The notes beneath the pieces are model-generated. The model did not search any database and was not told the DNA's origin. It was given only the letters and a program-made list of their open reading frames with translations. Made by a program: the position numbers and the translations under genes. Below are positions 58,959 to 64,000 of a DNA stretch of 64,000 nt, in pieces (within the stretch, counting starts at the first letter, position 1; each line of letters starts with the position of its first letter). Location of the stretch: the NCBI GenBank assembly GCA_902622955.1, contig CACNRP010000001.1, positions 33,543-97,542 on the forward strand, given 5' to 3'. This stretch comes from an uncultured Pelagibacteraceae bacterium (lineage in GTDB: Bacteria; Pseudomonadota; Alphaproteobacteria; Pelagibacterales; Pelagibacteraceae).

Positions 58959-59024
58959 GTAATAATTATATATAAGTTATGCATATAATGCAATACAGAT
59001 ATGCAAATTATGGGTTAATAAAAC

Positions 59025-59360
59025 TTATGATATTTTAAAAGATTCTCCACATCCACAACGCTCGGTTTCATTGGGATTGTTAAATACAAAAGATGAGGAA
59101 AATTCCTCTGTTTTATAGTCCATTTCAGTTCCAAGTAGATACATCACTGCAGCTGAATCTACAAAAACCTTTACACCTTTATCCTCGATGACTTCATCAT
59201 TAGGATTTATGTCTTTCGTGTATTCCATTACATAAGACATACCTGCACAACCGCCTGATTTTACTGAAACTCTAACACCGATAGAATCTTTTTCAGCATT
59301 AGACATTATTTCTTTTATTCTTGAGGCCGCATTATCGCTTAATTTAATTATTGCGTTCAT
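59025..59360 (-). CDS. sufA: A-type Fe-S carrier (SufA/IscA/HesB)
   Basis: GGCAGMSY, NPN, CGCGESF. Confidence 0.93.
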   Translation of the reverse strand: MNAIIKLSDNAASRIKEIMSNAEKDSIGVRVSVKSGGCAGMSYVMEYTKDINPNDEVIEDKGVKVFVDSAAVMYLLGTEMDYKTEEFSSSFVFNNPNETERCGCGESFKIS

Positions 59361-59659
59361 TATAAATTTAACTCCAATTTTGCTGCTTCTGACATCATAT
59401 CTTTATTCCAAGGAGGATCCCAAACCAACTCAAGATCTACATCCTCAATACCTTCAACTTGCATTACTCCCTCTTTTACCTCCTTTGGTAAAATTTCTGC
59501 AGCTGGACAATTAGGAGTGGTTAAAGTCATTTTTATCATGGCAAACTTTTCATCCTTTAACTTTATATCGTAAATTAATCCTAATTCGTAGATATTCACA
59601 GGTATCTCTGGATCATAAATTTTTTTTATTTCCTCAATTATCAACTCTTTTTTTGACAT
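59360..59659 (-). CDS. sufT: DUF59 Fe-S assembly protein (SufT)
   Basis: YDPEIPVNIYELGLIY, MTLTTPNCP, WDPPW. Confidence 0.9.
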   Translation of the reverse strand: MSKKELIIEEIKKIYDPEIPVNIYELGLIYDIKLKDEKFAMIKMTLTTPNCPAAEILPKEVKEGVMQVEGIEDVDLELVWDPPWNKDMMSEAAKLELNL

Positions 59660-59662
59660 AGT

Positions 59663-60127
59663 TTAATTCTCTGTTTTAACTTCCTCTTTTTTTTCTTCAA
59701 AAGCAGAAACCATTGTGTGCCAAGATAAGGTTGCACATTTAACTCTCATTGGATATTGCTTAACGCCTGATAAACACATTAGTTTAGTTTTTTCATCTTC
59801 GCTCAAATGCTGAGATTTTAATTCTGGATTTTCTTTGATCATACCTAAAAAATCTTCAATTATATCTTTAGCTTCATGTTCGTTCTTTCCTTTAATCAAA
59901 TCTGTCATTATTGAAGCTGAAGCCATTGAGATGGCACAACCACTTCCTTCAAAGGATGCATCCTCTACTATTTTTTGTCCATTTAGTTTTAAATATACAT
60001 GAACATTATCACCACAAAGAGGATTATTACCTTTGGCATCTTTATTAAAACCCTCTGTCTTTCTAAGATTTCTAGGATTCTTACCATGTTCTAAAATAAT
60101 TTCTTGATACAATTCTTTTAAATTCAT
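59663..60127 (-). CDS. sufU: SUF system NifU-family protein SufU
   Basis: LYQEIILEH, NPLCGD, GCAISMASAS, RVKCATL.W. Confidence 0.92.
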   Translation of the reverse strand: MNLKELYQEIILEHGKNPRNLRKTEGFNKDAKGNNPLCGDNVHVYLKLNGQKIVEDASFEGSGCAISMASASIMTDLIKGKNEHEAKDIIEDFLGMIKENPELKSQHLSEDEKTKLMCLSGVKQYPMRVKCATLSWHTMVSAFEEKKEEVKTEN

Positions 60128-61344
60128 TACAAATTAAATATCTTTTTACAATTATTTATTGACTCATTTAACTGATCTAAATCCTCTTTAGTATTATAAA
60201 TTCCAACAGACGCTCTTGCGCTAGCTGGTATATTTAATTTGTCATGTAAAATTTGACAACAATGATGTCCTGCTCTTATCGCAACACCATCTTCATCCAA
60301 AATTGTGGCAATGTCATGTGGGTGAACTCCTTCTATAGTAAATGATAATACCCCACCTTTATTTTTAGGATTTCCAATAAGTTTTACTGAATTATTTTTT
60401 TGTAATAATTCTTGTCCATACGTGACTAAGTCAGCTTCATGTTTCACAATATTTTCTATACCAATGCTCTCTAAAAATTTTATTGATTGGTCAAAAGCAA
60501 TTACTTGTGCTGTAGCCATAGTCCCTGCCTCATACTTGTTAGGTAAATCACCATAAGAAATCTTATCCTTTTTAACTTCATTAATCATTCCTCCCCCACC
60601 TTGGTATGGAGGCAATTCTTCCAACCATTTTTTTTTACCATACAGAACTCCTAAACCTGTTGGTCCATACATTTTATGACATGAAATTGCATAGAAATCA
60701 CAATCTAGATCCTGCATATCTAATTTTAAATGTGGAGCTCCTTGACATCCATCAACTACAACTATAATACCTTTTGAGTGGGCTAAATCAGTTATTTCTT
60801 TAACCGGTAAAATTGCACCAGTAACATTTGATAAGTGTGTAATAGCTATTAATTTTGTTTTTGGTGTTATTTTTTTTTCAATTTCCTCCAAAGTAATTTC
60901 ACCCAATTCATTAATTTCAGCAAAATTTATTTTAATATTTTTTGACTTTCTTAAAAAATGCCAAGGTACATAATTAGAATGATGTTCAAGTTCAGTAATT
61001 AAAATTTCATCTCCTTCCTTCAAATAATTTTGGCCCAAAGTATTTGCTACTAAATTAAGAGCCTCTGTTGCACCTTTTGTAAATACAATCTCATTTTTAT
61101 CTTTTGCATTAATATATCGTTGGACTGAAGTTCTAGTATTTTCATAGAGGTTTGTAGCAGCTACAGCAAGATAATGAACACTTCTTCCAACATTAGAAAA
61201 TTGTTTAGTATAAAATTCATTGATTCTATCTACTACAACTTTTGGTTTTTGAGACGAATTTGCACTATCTAAATAAACTAAATCATTATTTTGAATTTTT
61301 TCATCAAAAATTGGAAATTCTTTTTTTATATGTTCAATATTCAT
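60127..61344 (-). CDS. sufS: Cysteine desulfurase SufS
   Basis: YLDSA..SQKP, EHHSN, SCHKMYGPTG, RAGHHC. Confidence 0.95.
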   Translation of the reverse strand: MNIEHIKKEFPIFDEKIQNNDLVYLDSANSSQKPKVVVDRINEFYTKQFSNVGRSVHYLAVAATNLYENTRTSVQRYINAKDKNEIVFTKGATEALNLVANTLGQNYLKEGDEILITELEHHSNYVPWHFLRKSKNIKINFAEINELGEITLEEIEKKITPKTKLIAITHLSNVTGAILPVKEITDLAHSKGIIVVVDGCQGAPHLKLDMQDLDCDFYAISCHKMYGPTGLGVLYGKKKWLEELPPYQGGGGMINEVKKDKISYGDLPNKYEAGTMATAQVIAFDQSIKFLESIGIENIVKHEADLVTYGQELLQKNNSVKLIGNPKNKGGVLSFTIEGVHPHDIATILDEDGVAIRAGHHCCQILHDKLNIPASARASVGIYNTKEDLDQLNESINNCKKIFNL

Positions 61345-62588
61345 TCCTTGATTCCGATCATATTTTTAACTAAATTTTTGATTTCTGAGTCCGTTATTTT
61401 TTCAACTACATCAAGCAAAAAGCCATTAATTAATAGCTCTCTTGATTGCTGATAACTTAATCCTCTAGACATTAAATAAAATATAGAATCTTCATTTAAA
61501 CTTCCAGATGCAGAACCATGGGAGCACTTAACATCGTCAGCATAAATTTCTAATTCTGGCTTTGCATTAAATTCTGACTCTTTGTTTAATAATATCGCTT
61601 TACTTAATTGATACCCATCAGTTTTCTGTGCTTGTGGATTAACGAATATTTTTCCTTGATATACTGCTTTAGAACTTTGCTCCAATACACTTTTTATTAG
61701 CTGATAGCTTTTCGTATTTTCAGTTAAATGATTGATTATTGTTCTAATTTCATGGTGCTTATCTTTATTAAGTGAAAAAATGCCATTTACAAAAGCTGAT
61801 GCATATTTTCCATTTAAATTACAATTAATTTCATTTTTAAAAAAATTTGATCCTGAAGATAATATAAACGTTTCTGAAATACTATTTTTGTCTTGTTCAA
61901 TATTATTAAAAGAATATTTAACATTTTTATTTTCATGTTTATCTAATTTGTAATTTTTTAAAATTGCATTTTCCTTTAAGTCAAAGTTATAAAAAATATT
62001 TAAAAAATTTTTTTCAGAAGTTTCATTAAATAAATCAATAACCCGTAAAGAACTATTTTGATTAAGTTCAAAATCTAATCTTAAGTTAATATTTTTCGAC
62101 CATATTTTAGAATTAAATGTATGATAAATAATAAGCGGCTTTGATAGTTGATAACCTTTTTTGACCAATATTTTGAAACATTTGTTGGTAAAAGCATTAT
62201 TTAAATCTGATAAAGAATTATTATTGCTAAATCTATTAATTGTTTCTGATTGATCTATTATTTCTATTTGATTTTTCTTTTCATAATCAAAATCAATTTT
62301 TTCAATTCTTCCATTTATAAAGACTATTTTATTGTGCTCTAATCCATCTACAAATACAGAGGTGTCAACTTTGTTGGTTGAGGTATAATCACAATAAAAA
62401 CTTAGTTCACCAATATTTTTTTTTATTATTTGGTTGAGATCTGAAAATCTCCAATCTTCCTCTTTTCTATTTGGAAAACCTTTTTCAATAAAATTATCTA
62501 GACAAAACTTTTTTATCTCAATATCTTTCTGAGATAAATTTAAATTTTTAATAATATTTTTAAAGTCTTTTTGTAATTGTTCTTTCAT
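61341..62588 (-). CDS. sufD: Fe-S cluster assembly protein SufD
   Basis: EDWRFS, AQKTDG, KPELEIYADDVKCSHG, FYLMSRG. Confidence 0.93.
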   Translation of the reverse strand: MKEQLQKDFKNIIKNLNLSQKDIEIKKFCLDNFIEKGFPNRKEEDWRFSDLNQIIKKNIGELSFYCDYTSTNKVDTSVFVDGLEHNKIVFINGRIEKIDFDYEKKNQIEIIDQSETINRFSNNNSLSDLNNAFTNKCFKILVKKGYQLSKPLIIYHTFNSKIWSKNINLRLDFELNQNSSLRVIDLFNETSEKNFLNIFYNFDLKENAILKNYKLDKHENKNVKYSFNNIEQDKNSISETFILSSGSNFFKNEINCNLNGKYASAFVNGIFSLNKDKHHEIRTIINHLTENTKSYQLIKSVLEQSSKAVYQGKIFVNPQAQKTDGYQLSKAILLNKESEFNAKPELEIYADDVKCSHGSASGSLNEDSIFYLMSRGLSYQQSRELLINGFLLDVVEKITDSEIKNLVKNMIGIKE

Positions 62589-63323
62589 TTAATTAAAGTT
62601 TTCATAACCTTTTTTTTCTAATTCTAGCGCTAATTCTGGGCCTCCAGATTTTATAATTTTTCCACCAATTAAAACGTGAACAAAATCTGGCTTTATATAA
62701 TCAAGTAACCTTTGATAATGAGTAATTATTAAAAAAGAATTATTTTGATTTCTTAATGTGTTAACTCCATCTGCAACAATTTTCAAAGCATCAATATCTA
62801 AACCTGAATCTGTTTCATCTAAAATTGACAATTTTGGAGCTAATAATGACATTTGTAAAATTTCGTTTTTCTTTTTTTCTCCACCTGAAAAACCAACGTT
62901 TAATTGTCTATTTAATTTTTCTTCATCAAATTTTAATTGCTTAGACTTTTCTTTTACTAGTTTTAAAAATTCTATAGCATCAAGCTCTTTTTCACCTCTT
63001 GCTTTTCTAATTGCGTTTAAGGATGTTTTTAAGAAAATATTTGTATTAACACCGGGTATTTCTAATGGATACTGAAATGCTAAAAAAATACCTTTATGAG
63101 CTCTTTCTTCCGTTTCTAACTCAAATAAATCTTTTTCCTCAAAAAGTACTTCGCCTGAAACTTCATAACCTTTTTTTCCCGACAAAATATTTGAAAGTGT
63201 ACTTTTTCCAGATCCATTTGGACCCATTATGGCATGTACTTCTCCAGGATTTATATTTAAAGAAAAACCTTTTAAAATTTCCTTATTATCAATTTTTGCA
63301 TTTAATTGGTTTATTTTTAACAT
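62589..63323 (-). CDS. sufC: Fe-S cluster assembly ATPase SufC
   Basis: GPNGSGKST, AFQYP, GFSGGEKK, LDETDSGLDIDAL, ITHYQRLL. Confidence 0.97.
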   Translation of the reverse strand: MLKINQLNAKIDNKEILKGFSLNINPGEVHAIMGPNGSGKSTLSNILSGKKGYEVSGEVLFEEKDLFELETEERAHKGIFLAFQYPLEIPGVNTNIFLKTSLNAIRKARGEKELDAIEFLKLVKEKSKQLKFDEEKLNRQLNVGFSGGEKKKNEILQMSLLAPKLSILDETDSGLDIDALKIVADGVNTLRNQNNSFLIITHYQRLLDYIKPDFVHVLIGGKIIKSGGPELALELEKKGYENFN

Positions 63324-64000
63324 TATCCAACACTTCCCTCTAAGCTAATTCCAACAAGTTTTTGTGCCTCTACGGCAAATTCCATGGGTAGCTGTTGCAA
63401 AACTTCTTTACAAAAACCATTTACAATTAATCCTACAGCTTCCTCTGGATTTAATCCTCTTTGCTGACAATAATGTAATTGTTCTTCACTAATCTTTGAT
63501 GTAGTTGCCTCATGGGCAATATTTGACTCTGAATTTTTATTTCTTATGTATGGAACGGTATGAGCTCCACATTTATTTCCCATTAATAAAGAGTCACATT
63601 GTGTATAATTGTTTGAATTTTGTGCTTTTGAAGAAATATCTACTAAACCCCTATAAGTCATATCAGAATTTCCAGCCGAAATTCCTTTAGATATTATTTT
63701 ACTTTTTGTATTTTTTCCAAGATGGATCATTTTTGTACCTGTATCAGCTTTTTGAAAATTATTAGTTATAGCAATTGAGTAAAATTCACCGACTGAATTA
63801 TCTCCTTTAAGAATGCAACTTGGATATTTCCAGGTAATTGCTGAACCAGTCTCAACTTGAGTCCATGAAATCTTTGAATTTTTTCCTTTACACAAACCAC
63901 GTTTAGTAACAAAATTATAAATTCCACCTTTACCGTCTTTATCTCCAGGGTACCAATTTTGTACTGTAGAATATTTTATTTCAGCATCATCGAGAGCAAT
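63323..64000 (-). CDS. sufB: Fe-S cluster assembly protein SufB (3' part; truncated by window edge)
   Basis: [52 protein letters not shown]. Confidence 0.97.
   Translation of the reverse strand: MALDDAEIKYSTVQNWYPGDKDGKGGIYNFVTKRGLCKGKNSKISWTQVETGSAITWKYPSCILKGDNSVGEFYSIAITNNFQKADTGTKMIHLGKNTKSKIISKGISAGNSDMTYRGLVDISSKAQNSNNYTQCDSLLMGNKCGAHTVPYIRNKNSESNIAHEATTSKISEEQLHYCQQRGLNPEEAVGLIVNGFCKEVLQQLPMEFAVEAQKLVGISLEGSVG

Noticed and set aside
1586-63690. Many short antisense or alternate-frame ORFs in the track (e.g. 1586-1906, 13284-13652, 27120-27452, 39670-39981, 53935-54360, 57575-57943, 62758-63075)
   Set aside because: They lie entirely within well-supported genes and have no motifs; shadow ORFs
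1-64000. CRISPR arrays, tRNA/rRNA, IS elements, integrases, defence systems
   Set aside because: No regularly spaced repeats, no GC-rich structural RNA blocks and no transposase, integrase or nuclease motifs in any ORF

Overview
Very AT-rich, densely packed bacterial chromosome segment with many zero-gap or overlapping gene junctions. Gene content and style point to a streamlined marine alphaproteobacterium, most likely Pelagibacterales/SAR11 (inference). Left part: partial rseP, yajQ, a DEAD-box helicase, SRAP, tesA/ybbAP, small housekeeping genes, a double-HTH RamB/ScfR regulator divergent from isocitrate lyase, and a ThiV-like sodium:solute symporter behind an atypical TPP-type riboswitch. 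Centre (~20-45.5 kb): a carbohydrate catabolism island with three transporters (CUT1 glucose-type ABC, tripartite tricarboxylate transporter, CUT2 ABC). It carries iolG, iolE and iolD but no iolB, iolC, iolJ or iolA; an aldehyde dehydrogenase, an HpcH/HpaI aldolase and two D-2-hydroxyacid dehydrogenases are interleaved instead, suggesting an alternative, possibly non-phosphorylative inositol pathway. Right part: moaACDE-msrPQ, aldB/DUF779, moaB, 2OG oxygenases, a homocysteine methyltransferase, glnA and the suf operon. No rRNA, tRNA, CRISPR array or transposase was seen. All calls come from motif recognition by eye; no database searches were run.
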